From Polyangiaceae bacterium (lineage in GTDB: Bacteria > Myxococcota_A > Polyangia > Polyangiales > Polyangiaceae), in contig JAPSGB010000018.1 in assembly GCA_035063585.1 (NCBI GenBank), positions 1 through 64,000 of the forward strand: DNA of 64,000 nt. Direction: 5' to 3'. Every line of letters begins with the position of its first letter. Within the stretch, counting starts at the first letter, position 1. Below are positions 48,525 through 58,400 of the stretch, piece after piece. Position numbers and translations under genes: made by a program. The notes under the pieces were generated by a model. That model had not been told where the DNA came from. It did no database searches and saw nothing but the letters and a program-made list of their open reading frames with translations.

Positions 48525-50137
48525 TTGTCCCCGAGCGGCGTGAGGCGCGCGAGGCCGATGCGGCGCGCCAGGTTGACGTGCACGCCGCCGCAGGTATCCG
48601 CCACGCGACAGGTGCGGCAGCGAACGCTCTTCGTGCGGTCCAGGCGCCGGAGAAACAGGTGGGTGAAGCCGACCACGTCGAGGCTGTTCGGACCCTTCAC
48701 GGCGATCAGATCGATGACGTCCTCCTCCGGGGGCAGCTCCGCTCGCGAGCGCGCGAGGCAGGCCGGCAAGCCCGCCACCGGCAACTCAGTGGCCTCGGCA
48801 GCGCGCGGGTCCACCCCGTGGCGCTGCTCGTCACGCATGCGCTCCCAGGTCGGCACGACGACGAGCTCCGCGCGTGCGCGGAGCGCTGGCGTTGGCTCTG
48901 CCCCAGCGCTCAGTACGAGCCCGACCCGTTCGGCGGGCGAGAAATCCGTGGACGGCGACAGGACCGCGTCGGCGCGGACCAGGAGCATCGCCGAGCGCGG
49001 TACGGGCCCGTCACCCAGCTCGTCGATTTCCACGATCGCGGGCGGCTCCTCGAGCTGGAGTTCCTCGAGCGCTCGACGCACGGTGTCGCCGTGGCGCGCC
49101 ACGAGCCAGAGCCGGCGCTCGCCACGCACCGAGGCGAGCAGGGTCAGCTGACGCTCATCGTCGAGATCGCAGCGCACGATGGCGCGCCTCCCGGCAAGCA
49201 AGTCCTTGCGTAAGGCGTAGAGCGCGTCGCAGAACGGACGCCGATAACACACTCGGCACGCCTCACCGCGGCAGAGAATGTCCTCTCCAGCCTCGGCAAA
49301 CCGGCTGAAGAGTCGGGTGCGAAGCTCGGTGTCCTTGATCTCCGGCAGATACTCCTCGTGATGGACGTACTCCGTCTCGAACCCCTCGAAGTAGTCGGCA
49401 GGGAAGAGCTTCGGGCGAAACTCGAGGCCTAGCGCCTCGGCGACGCTCCGCGCCTGCGCGACATGCGGACGGGCGGCCTCATCATCGAGCCCGAGCTCAT
49501 CGAGAGACTCGAAGAGCGCGCGCCCAGCCGGCGCGACCCTCACCGCGGTGAGGCCCGCTACCCCCGGAATCAAGGTCAACAGCTCGGAGAGCTGGCTCAC
49601 GTTGACCTTGTTCACGACCGTCGAGAGGCTGACGCGACAGCGCCCGGTCGCGAGTAGATTCTGGATACCCGCGCGCGTCTGCTCGAAGGAACCGGGATTC
49701 TGGCTGAGGTGGTCGTGCGTCGCCGCGTCGCGGCCGAGCACGGCCACGAACGCCTCGCTGAGCCCGCGCGCGACCGCGCGTTTCGCGAACGACTCATAGG
49801 CGAACATGCGACCGTTGGTGATGACCGTCACGCGCTCGGCGCCGCGGTCGCGCGCGTAAGCGATGACGTCGAGGAAGCGCGGGTGGATGGTCGGCTCACC
49901 TCCTGAGAGGAAGACCCGACGGACGCCCTGTGCGAGACCCTCGTCGATCATCGCGGTCATCGCCTCGAAGTCCCAGAACGTGCCGTCCTGAAAGGGCGCG
50001 TCGTTGCAGAACCGGCAATGATTGTTCGAGGCGCGGCTCATCTTGAGGAAGATCTCGCCGCGCCGACGGATCGCTATGGAGAGCGTCTCGGCCTTGTTCT
50101 CGACGATCTTCAGCCGGAGGTCGGGGCGAGCGAGCAT
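48521..50137 (-). CDS. Radical SAM protein, HxsC-like paralog 2, with degenerate motif (SxxxCxxC)
   Basis: SNNHCRFC, LSGGEPTIHP, TNGRMF, CRGEACRVCYRRPFC, TKSVRCRTCRVADTCGGVHVN. Confidence 0.85.
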   Translation of the reverse strand: MLARPDLRLKIVENKAETLSIAIRRRGEIFLKMSRASNNHCRFCNDAPFQDGTFWDFEAMTAMIDEGLAQGVRRVFLSGGEPTIHPRFLDVIAYARDRGAERVTVITNGRMFAYESFAKRAVARGLSEAFVAVLGRDAATHDHLSQNPGSFEQTRAGIQNLLATGRCRVSLSTVVNKVNVSQLSELLTLIPGVAGLTAVRVAPAGRALFESLDELGLDDEAARPHVAQARSVAEALGLEFRPKLFPADYFEGFETEYVHHEEYLPEIKDTELRTRLFSRFAEAGEDILCRGEACRVCYRRPFCDALYALRKDLLAGRRAIVRCDLDDERQLTLLASVRGERRLWLVARHGDTVRRALEELQLEEPPAIVEIDELGDGPVPRSAMLLVRADAVLSPSTDFSPAERVGLVLSAGAEPTPALRARAELVVVPTWERMRDEQRHGVDPRAAEATELPVAGLPACLARSRAELPPEEDVIDLIAVKGPNSLDVVGFTHLFLRRLDRTKSVRCRTCRVADTCGGVHVNLARRIGLARLTPLGDK

Positions 50138-50310
50138 GGGTCGAGCTGACGAGGAGGCGTCGAAGACGCGCAGTCTACACCGGAGCGCACCCGGTCGCGA
50201 GCCGGCCGCCTGCACCGGCACCCGCGCTCTCCGCTGGTCCAAGGACCGCCGCTCGCGGGGCGACGGCTCACGCGCCTTCGATGCGCGTGGTAGTGTGGGC
50301 GCGCGAGGCG

Positions 50311-51393
50311 ATGCGGATCCTGCTTGTCACCAACGAGGGCCGAGGGCGGTACGCTGGCCGGCGCTTCGAGTGGCTGGGCATGGATCTTACCTATTCGAGT
50401 TTCACGTTCGAGGCGCTCGTACGCTTTCGCGACGCACCCGACGCCCGCCCCGTCATCCATCGCCAAGCGCTCGAGCGCGCCCTCGAGGAACTCGAGGCCT
50501 TCGACGGCGTCGTGGCCGAGGAACCGGAGACGGTGCTGCTCGAGTACGTCCGGCGGCGGCGAGGGCTCGCGCGCAAGCGCTGGCTGGTCAACACCGTGCA
50601 GCTCTTCCGCCGCGCGGGGCCGCTTCGGGAGTTGATACGAGCTCACTATGGCGAGGACCCGCTAGCGGTGGTGGCCGCGGACCCAAGCCTTCACTGGATC
50701 GTCACCACTTCGGCGCATCGCGAGCAGCTCACCGCGCTCGGCGTGCCCGACGAGCGCTCGAGCTACATCCCAACGACGAGCGCCATCCAGACCGGCTTCT
50801 TCCCCGACTCGACGCCTGCCTTCGTCGCCGGCCGGCGCGCAGCGCTCCCGCAGACCCTCGAGAGCCTGCGAGGCCAGGTGCTCCTGGCCGGCACCAACCA
50901 TCGAGATCTTCCCACCCTCGCACGAGCCGCCGCGCTCTTGCCGGCGCCCGTCCACGTGCTCACGGATCTCGAGCGGAACCAGCGGGTAGAGTCGCCGCAC
51001 CTCCGCTACCACGGGCTGGTCCCACTCGACACGTTCATCGGCGCGGTGGCCCACGCGGGCGTGCTCGTGCTCCCGCTGCTTCCGACCACCGAGAGCTGCG
51101 GCCAGCAGACGCTCGCCGCCGCACAACGCGTCGGCACGCTCGTGGTCGCCAGCGACGTGCCCGCGCTGCGCGACTACATCGAAGACGGCCGGTCCGGGTT
51201 TCTGGTGCGACCGGACGACGCGGAGGCGCTCGCACTCGGCATCGAGCGAGCGCTCGCTCACCGCGATGACGAGAGCATCATCGCGGCCGGGCGCGCTCGC
51301 GACGAACGGGACGCCCAGCGCATCATCGAGCTCATGCACCGCGTGTTCGCCGGCGACGGGGGTCGGCTTGAGAGCGCTCGGGCGTCGGGATAG
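50311..51393 (+). CDS. Glycosyltransferase (GT4/GT-B-like)
   Basis: MRILLVTN; C-terminal ESCGQQTLAAA...VVASDVPALRDYIEDGRSGFLVRPDDAEALA. Confidence 0.75.
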   Translation: MRILLVTNEGRGRYAGRRFEWLGMDLTYSSFTFEALVRFRDAPDARPVIHRQALERALEELEAFDGVVAEEPETVLLEYVRRRRGLARKRWLVNTVQLFRRAGPLRELIRAHYGEDPLAVVAADPSLHWIVTTSAHREQLTALGVPDERSSYIPTTSAIQTGFFPDSTPAFVAGRRAALPQTLESLRGQVLLAGTNHRDLPTLARAAALLPAPVHVLTDLERNQRVESPHLRYHGLVPLDTFIGAVAHAGVLVLPLLPTTESCGQQTLAAAQRVGTLVVASDVPALRDYIEDGRSGFLVRPDDAEALALGIERALAHRDDESIIAAGRARDERDAQRIIELMHRVFAGDGGRLESARASG

Positions 51394-51402
51394 AATCACG
51401 GA

Positions 51403-53382
51403 GTGACCTCGGAATTCGGCCGGCGTGTCTATCTCATCCAGATATGCAACGTCTTCGCCGACAGTATCTACCTCCCGCTCGCCGCCGGGATGTTGCGCGC
51501 GTCCGCCGCCTCGGATCCCGAGGTCGGTGCCGCGTTTTGCTTCGCGCCCATCATCAACGAACGCTTCGATCTGAGCGAGGTAGGGACGCGAATCGAGGCG
51601 CCAGCCGTGGTTGGTCTCTCCACGTACATTTGGAACTGGGAGTACAGCCTGGCGCTCGCGAAGAGGCTGAAGTCGCTGTACCCGAACGTGCTCATCGTGG
51701 CGGGCGGCCCCCAGATCCCGGAAGACTCGAGAGCGTTGGTCGCCGACGGGCCGCTCGACGTGACGGTCCATGGGGAGGGTGAGCTCACCTTTACGGAGCT
51801 GCTTCGAGCGCTGGCGCGAGGAGCGGCGCTCGAGACGGTGGACGGGGTGACGACTCGTACCGCGCGCGGCGCGTCGGTCGCGCCGCGTCGCCCACGCATC
51901 GAGCACCTCGATGCGCTGCCGTCACCGTTCCTTCGGGGAGATTTCGAGGATCTCTTGAGCGGAGGCCGTTCACTCATCGGGCTCTGGGAGACGAACCGAG
52001 GCTGCCCGTTCGAGTGCGCGTTCTGCTACTGGGGTTCGGCGGTAAACACCCGCGTTCGCGAGTTCGACATGAGACGCCTGCTCGCCGAGCTCGCCTGGTT
52101 CGAGGACCATCGAATCGACTATGTCCTCTGCGCGGACGCGAATTTCGGGATCAAGAAGCGAGACCTCGAGATCGCGCAGAGCGTGGTCGCGGCCAAGCGT
52201 CGGAGCGGGTTTCCCCGAAAATTTCGGGTCTTCTCTACCAAGAATGCCTCGGAGCGCGTGGTCGACGTCATGGAGACGCTACGCAGCGAGGGCCTCGACA
52301 TGGGGCTCAGCCTGACCATGCAGTCGCTCGACGAGAGCACGCTCGCGGCCATCGGCAGAAAGAACATCAAGCTCTCCACCTATCTCGAGCTTCGCCGCGA
52401 GGCCGGGAAGCGTAACATGCCAACCTACTGCGATCTCATCGTGGGGCTCCCGGGGGAGACCTACGACTCGTTCTTGGACGGGCTCGACCGCTTGATGTCG
52501 CTCGGCCAGCACGACAACGTGCACGTCTATACCTGCACGCTGCTGGTCGGCTCAGCGATGGCAGATCCGGCCTACCAGGCCGAGCACGGCCTCGTGACCG
52601 TCGAGAACCCCATCCTCGAGCGCCATATGCGAGCGGACGCCATCCGCGACACCAGCATCCCCGAATACGAACGGGTAGTGGTCGCCACGCGAACCATGCC
52701 AAGAGAGAGTTGGATCGAGACGAACACCGCGACCGTCCTCGTGAACGTCCTTCATTATCAGAAGGTTGGGCATTTCATCGCCATCTACCTCCACCACGAG
52801 CACGGGGTTCGCTATCGCGACTTCTACGAACACCTCGTGCGCCGAGCGACCGACTCGGAGGCGTTCCCGAGGCTCGCGGCCGTGCTCGGGTTCACTCGCG
52901 CCTACTATCGCTCGCTCACCGAGGGGCGCGCCGAGCGGCTCACCTTCCCGGAGTTCGGCAACGTCGTGTGGCCGGTCGAAGAGGCCGCGTTCCTCCTCGC
53001 CTCGAAGGACTTCGACGCGCTCTTCGAGGAACTCCGTGCGCTCGTCCTCGAGCTCGGGCGCGCAAACGAGCTCACGCTCGATGCCGCGCTACTGTCGGAG
53101 CTCGTCGACTATCAGCGCGCGCTGGTCCCGCGCCCTTCCGGTCCGGTCGCGCCCGAGCTCACGCTCCGCCATGACTGGCCCGCCTACTTCCAAGCGGCGC
53201 TCGGCGAGGAGCCGGCGCGGCTCCGTACCGCTGAGGTCCGTCTGAGAGTCCTCGATCAGCACCAGGCCGGCGGCGATGTCGCGACTTACGCTCGCAAGGT
53301 CGCGTGGTACGCGCGCTCATCCACCGACATCCCCTACCACCTCGAGCGCCTCTCGCCAGCGCGAGCGCAGGTGACTCCGTAG
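51403..53382 (+). CDS. Cobalamin-dependent radical SAM protein
   Basis: B12-binding-type YLPLAAGML, VVGLSTYIWN, AGGP, GEGE; ETNRGCPFECAFC; DANFG; IVGLPGET. Confidence 0.9.
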   Translation: MTSEFGRRVYLIQICNVFADSIYLPLAAGMLRASAASDPEVGAAFCFAPIINERFDLSEVGTRIEAPAVVGLSTYIWNWEYSLALAKRLKSLYPNVLIVAGGPQIPEDSRALVADGPLDVTVHGEGELTFTELLRALARGAALETVDGVTTRTARGASVAPRRPRIEHLDALPSPFLRGDFEDLLSGGRSLIGLWETNRGCPFECAFCYWGSAVNTRVREFDMRRLLAELAWFEDHRIDYVLCADANFGIKKRDLEIAQSVVAAKRRSGFPRKFRVFSTKNASERVVDVMETLRSEGLDMGLSLTMQSLDESTLAAIGRKNIKLSTYLELRREAGKRNMPTYCDLIVGLPGETYDSFLDGLDRLMSLGQHDNVHVYTCTLLVGSAMADPAYQAEHGLVTVENPILERHMRADAIRDTSIPEYERVVVATRTMPRESWIETNTATVLVNVLHYQKVGHFIAIYLHHEHGVRYRDFYEHLVRRATDSEAFPRLAAVLGFTRAYYRSLTEGRAERLTFPEFGNVVWPVEEAAFLLASKDFDALFEELRALVLELGRANELTLDAALLSELVDYQRALVPRPSGPVAPELTLRHDWPAYFQAALGEEPARLRTAEVRLRVLDQHQAGGDVATYARKVAWYARSSTDIPYHLERLSPARAQVTP

Positions 53383-53384
53383 CC

Positions 53385-54095
53385 ATGCGGATCTCGTTCT
53401 TCTTCCCGGCCTACCACGACGAGGCGACGGTCGAGCCGCTCGCTCGGCGGCTCGACGAGGTGCTCGGCGAAGTCTGCGATGAGCACGAGATCATCATCGT
53501 CGACGACGCGAGCCCGGACCGCTCGGGACGGATCGCAGACGAGCTCGCCGCAAGGAATCCCCGGATCCGCGCCATCCATCACCCGGAAAACCGAGGATAT
53601 GGGCAGGCCGTGTGGAGTGGGCTCACGGCCGCCCGCTACGAGTGGGTCGGCTTCACCGACGGCGACATGCAGTATGACGTCGCCGAGCTGCCGCGCTTCA
53701 TCGAGGCGGCGAGAGCGGGGGCCGACGCCGTCATCGGGTACAAGACGAGCCGAGCCGAGGGGTGGAAGCGAGAGCTCACGAGCGCCGCTTACAATCGCGC
53801 GATCCGCCTCCTGCTCGGGCTCGAGCTCACGGACATCGACTGCGCGTTCAAGCTGATGCGCCGGAGGCTCGTTACCGATTACACCCCAAGCACCTACTAC
53901 GCCGAGGCCTTCATCATGGTGGAGGCGCTCTACAAGGCGCAGCGGAGTGGCGCACGCATCGTCCAAGTTCCGGTATCCCATCATCCGCGCCTCGCTGGAG
54001 AGTCGCAGTGCTTCACCTGGCGAACCGCGCGCCGCCTCGCGTGGAACACCGCGCGTGGCGCCGTCTACGGGAGGCTGCTCGGCGCGTGGCGATGA
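53385..54095 (+). CDS. Glycosyltransferase family 2
   Basis: FFPAYHDE, IVDDASPD, NRGYG, TDGDMQYD, DIDCAFKL. Confidence 0.9.
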   Translation: MRISFFFPAYHDEATVEPLARRLDEVLGEVCDEHEIIIVDDASPDRSGRIADELAARNPRIRAIHHPENRGYGQAVWSGLTAARYEWVGFTDGDMQYDVAELPRFIEAARAGADAVIGYKTSRAEGWKRELTSAAYNRAIRLLLGLELTDIDCAFKLMRRRLVTDYTPSTYYAEAFIMVEALYKAQRSGARIVQVPVSHHPRLAGESQCFTWRTARRLAWNTARGAVYGRLLGAWR

Positions 54096-55432
54096 GCGCG
54101 CGGGAGGGACTTGGCCAAGCGGTCGTGCTCTGCGGCGGGCAGGGGCTCAGGCTGCAGCGCGTCCTCGGCGAGACGCCCAAGCCGCTCGCGCCCATCGCGG
54201 GCGAGCCGCTCCTCGGGCATCTCCTCGAGGGTTTGGGTCGGTCCGGCGCGGAAGAGGTGCTGCTCGTGGCAGGACACCGCGCGGAGCATCTCGCGCGGGC
54301 GCTGCCGAGCGTCACGCCTCGCGGACTCCGGGTCGAGCTCATTGTCGAAAAGGAGCCGCGAGGCACTGCCGGCGCGCTCCTCCAGATCGAGCAGAAGCTG
54401 CGGGAGCGCTTCCTCCTCGTCTACGGAGATCTCTTCACTGACCTTGATTTTCGCACCTTCGCGAGAGCCGCCGGCGCGCGCGGCGGGCTCGGGACGCTGC
54501 TCGTCCACCGATCGAGCCACCCCGAGGACAGCGACGTGCTGGCCGTCGACGACGCGCAGCGGGTGATCGCGTGGCTGCCGCGTGGCCCCGCGCGTCCGCC
54601 AGGCGCGGTCGTGAGCGCCGCGGCGCTCACCAACTCGGCGGTGGGTGCGTTTCACCGCTCGCTGCTCGACTACATCCCTCGCGATCGCGCGTGCGACCTC
54701 TACGGCGAGGTGCTACCGGCGTTGATCGACGCGAGGGCGAGCGTTCACGGCTACCTCTCCTCCGAGTACGTGCGCGACATCGGGACGCCAGAGCGCCTGT
54801 CCGCGGTGGACGCCGACGTGCGAGCCGGGAGGACCCGGCGACGCGCGGACATCGCGTTGCTCGATCGCGACGGGGTCTTGTCGCCCGAGGCGCCGCCGCT
54901 GGTGGATCGCCGAGCGCGACTGAGCCTCCTCCCCGGAGCCGCGGCCGGCGTACGGGCGCTGAATCAGGCCGGGCTCCGCGTGGCAGTGGTCACCAACCAG
55001 GCGATCGTCGCGCGCGGACTCTGCACGCCGAGTGGGCTCGAGGAAATTCACGATCGTCTCCGCGAGCTTCTCGCTCGAGAGGGAGCGACGCTGGACGCCA
55101 TCTACGCGTGCCCACATCACCCGGAGACTCATCACCCCGGCGGCGTGGCGGCGCTGCGGGGCCCGTGTCGCTGTCGCAAGCCCGCCACGGGCATGGTCGC
55201 CGACGCGCTGCGCGACCTCGCGGTCCCGGCCTGGCGTGCGCTCGTCGTGGGCGACTCGTCGGTCGACCTGCAGCTCGCGCACAACGCCGGCCTCGCGGCG
55301 GCCGCGGTCGCCACCGGGCAGGGCGGGCGCGACGGCAGGCACCCTGCGCGACCCTCCTGGCGCTTCGCGGATCTCGAGCATGCGGCCGCTTGGATCGCGG
55401 GCGGCGAGGCGAGCGAGCCCGACGTCACGTGA
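54092..55432 (+). CDS. Fusion of sugar-1-phosphate nucleotidyltransferase (HddC-like) and heptose bisphosphate phosphatase (GmhB-like)
   Basis: LCGGQGLRL, PKPLAPI, GTAGAL, YGD, DIGTPER; then LDRDGVL, VTNQ, CPHHP, CRCRKP, VGD. Confidence 0.9.
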   Translation: MSAREGLGQAVVLCGGQGLRLQRVLGETPKPLAPIAGEPLLGHLLEGLGRSGAEEVLLVAGHRAEHLARALPSVTPRGLRVELIVEKEPRGTAGALLQIEQKLRERFLLVYGDLFTDLDFRTFARAAGARGGLGTLLVHRSSHPEDSDVLAVDDAQRVIAWLPRGPARPPGAVVSAAALTNSAVGAFHRSLLDYIPRDRACDLYGEVLPALIDARASVHGYLSSEYVRDIGTPERLSAVDADVRAGRTRRRADIALLDRDGVLSPEAPPLVDRRARLSLLPGAAAGVRALNQAGLRVAVVTNQAIVARGLCTPSGLEEIHDRLRELLAREGATLDAIYACPHHPETHHPGGVAALRGPCRCRKPATGMVADALRDLAVPAWRALVVGDSSVDLQLAHNAGLAAAAVATGQGGRDGRHPARPSWRFADLEHAAAWIAGGEASEPDVT

Positions 55433-58400
55433 TAGACTCGGCCCGCGTGCACGCGATCGGTCCGGTGACGAAGGTCGAGCAAGAGCTCCTCCAGCTCGAG
55501 CTCGGGCTGAAGTCCGCGCTCAAGGTCGAGCACGCTGGCCCCGAGCTGGAGGCCTGGCTGCGCGCCGAGGCAGCGCGTCGTGGGCTCTCGGTACTCCCGG
55601 ACCGGGAGCCGACGCCCTCCTACGCGGGCGTCGAGGCGGAGCTCGCCACCTCGCTCTTCGTCGGTCCGAACGAGGCGCTCCTCGCCGAGCTGCGCGAGTG
55701 GTCGCATCGCCAACGCGACCCGCACGCGCAGAGCAGCGACAAGGCGGCGGCCATTCGCAGCATCGGCGCGGCGCTCGGATATCCGAGCTGCTGCGTCGAG
55801 GCCTACATCGCAGGGCGGGAGTTTCCGGACCAGTCGCTGGTGTTCCTGCGGCCGTTGTTCGCGACGAAGGGCACTCTAGAGCCTCTGCTCAACCTCGCCG
55901 GAAACGACGAGCTCATCAGTCATGTACCGTGCAGCTACGGGTGCGGAGCGAGCTTGGAGCTCGCGCGACGCACCGCGCACGAGCTCGAACGACGAGAGCC
56001 GAGTGTCTGGCACGCGCGGTGGGCGCGAATGTGTGCGCCGGTGCTCGTCCTCGGGCCACGAGGGCTGGTTCGCCTCGAGCCGCGCCCGGACGACGCGGCC
56101 ACTTGGGGCGGAGTACGCTACGCGAGGGCAGACTCCTCCATGCTCTCCGACGACGCGCTCCGAGCGGCGCTCGAGAGCGGCGACGAGCTCGTGCTTCGAC
56201 CGAGCTCGGTCGAGATCAGGCGCGGGGGGCAAGCGACCTACCGCGAGCGGCGCGCGGGTCCGCTGGACCTTCCTGTCCTCCTCCGCTTCGGGGGCGCGGC
56301 TCGTCGCCCGGCGCGGGTCGCGTTGGTAGATCTTCACCGGTCGCTCATCGACTACATGGACACGATGACGCTCGCGATGGCGTCGGGCGATCTGACACGG
56401 CTCGGCGTGTCGAACGAGCTCGTCCGGCTGTACGTCGATCGCGAGAGGCCGGAGACCTGGGAGAGATCATACCTTCGTCTGGAACGGTACTTACTCGACC
56501 ATCAGTTCACGGCCGCCGTCTGGAACATGGCGTTCGACGACGGGGTCGTCTCGCGACTCGGCCGCGCGGGGATGCTCCAGGTGCTCATCGACAGCCGGTT
56601 CTCGGGCGCCGCCGTCCCCTTCGATTTCGTGCTGACCTCGGCATCCCGCCAGGCGTTCTGCCGATTCTTCAGGCTCTGGTGCGAGGGAGAGGAGGATCCG
56701 GAGGTTCGTGAGCTCCTCTCACACAAGAGCGATGGTGGCTGGAGCTCCCACGCCCTCGCGGAGCCGTTGGCGCAGAGGGCGCGCATCGATGAGGACTCCT
56801 TCTGGCCAACCACGCAGTACGTCGTGCCGGACGGCGAGCACCGGCCGGCGAGCGACGTCTGGCACTTGTGCGTGAACCCCGGGTGCCCGTATGGCAAGCG
56901 GCTCGACGACAACCCTCATTTCGAAGGGCTCGAGCTCCCGGACTCGGCGAGCGCGCGCGGGTGCTCGTTCTGCGAAGAGGGCGGCGACTACGAGGGCGCT
57001 CCCGCGGAGCCGACCATGCGGGGGCTCCTCCACCAGTTCGAGTACATAGCCAGGCGCGCGCCGCACTCGCGCTTCATCCTGCTCGAGCGAGCCGTCTTTC
57101 GCTTCCTCGAGCGCTTCCTGGTGCGCGCCGATCAGATCTCGCGCGGCTCCGCGCGCCGCGGTCAGCGGCTGGAGTTCTTCGTGACCGCGCGCACGGACGA
57201 GATCGTCCGCGAGCAAGCACATCTCCGCGAGGCGCTCGTGGTAGCCGCCGAGCGCGGCCTATTGGTGAACCTCTACCTGGTCGGCATCGAAAGCTTCTCG
57301 CAGACCGCGCTCGATCTCTTCAATAAGGGCACGCGTGTGGAGGTTCAAGTCGAGGCCATCGAGATCATGCGCGAGCTCGAGGCGGCGTTCCCCGGGACGT
57401 TCACGGCCTCGCGGAGCTCCGCGCACGGCTTCATGTTGTTCACCCCATGGACGACCATGGCCGAGCTCGTGGAAAATTGCGAGTGGATGGAGCGCACTCG
57501 GTTCTGGGAGTTTCGCTCGGAAGCCACCTTGAGCAAGCTCCGGCTCTACCCGACGGTACCTCTCTTCTACAAAGCTCGCGCCGAGGGGCTCCTCGCCCCG
57601 GGGTACGACGATGAAGAGTTCGACATGTCGATCCGCCTCGGCTACTCGAAGGAGGTCCCCTGGCGGTTCATCGACGCGAAGGTGGAGGCCGTGTATCGGC
57701 TGCTGGCCGCGGCCGCCGATCACTATCCGCGGGGTTCCCGTGAGCTCACGTTGCTCCGTGACGCGATCGCGGAGGTCGAGACGCACGGCACCGAGGTCGA
57801 CGCCGAGACTTTTCACGCTCCTCGCCGCGCCCGGCGCGCCGTCCGACCCGGCCTCGGCCGCCCGCGACGCCGGCGCTTCACCTTGGCCCTCGGCTCGCGC
57901 TCGAACCTCGGCTGCACCTACTACGACCATGGAGACGAGGCTCCGCCACCGCCCCGCGAGGAGCTCGCACAGCGGCTGCTCGACGGGCGGAAGACCGGCG
58001 AGAGCGCGGTGACCCTCGGGGGCGCCGAGCCGCTGCTCTCGCCCTCGCTGATGTTCGCCGTGCGAGCTGCGCGGCGGTGCGGATACTCGAGCATCGCGCT
58101 CGAGACGAACGCGCTCGGGCTCGATACGGCGCGGATGACCGCGCTCCGCGAGGCCGGTCTCACACGAGTGCTGCCGTTCCTCCCGGCCTGGGATCGCGAG
58201 CCGATCGACCGCATCGCGCGCGTAGCAGGAGCCGCGGCGCTGCTCTTCCGCGCCGCGCCGGCAATCGAAGGCTCGGGGCTCGAGGTCCAACCGGTGATTC
58301 CCGTCGCTCGGGAGACGCTCGCAGAGCTGCCGCGCTTCGTCGAGCTGGCAGAGCTCCTGTTCCCCTCGGCTCGCGGGCTCGCGCTCCGCTTCTTCCCGTC

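Noticed and set aside
54571..55428. First ~286 aa of the 1382-aa ORF
   Set aside because: Overlaps the nucleotidyltransferase-GmhB gene in another frame and is Arg/Gly-rich noise; the GTGA-coupled start at 55429 is more plausible.
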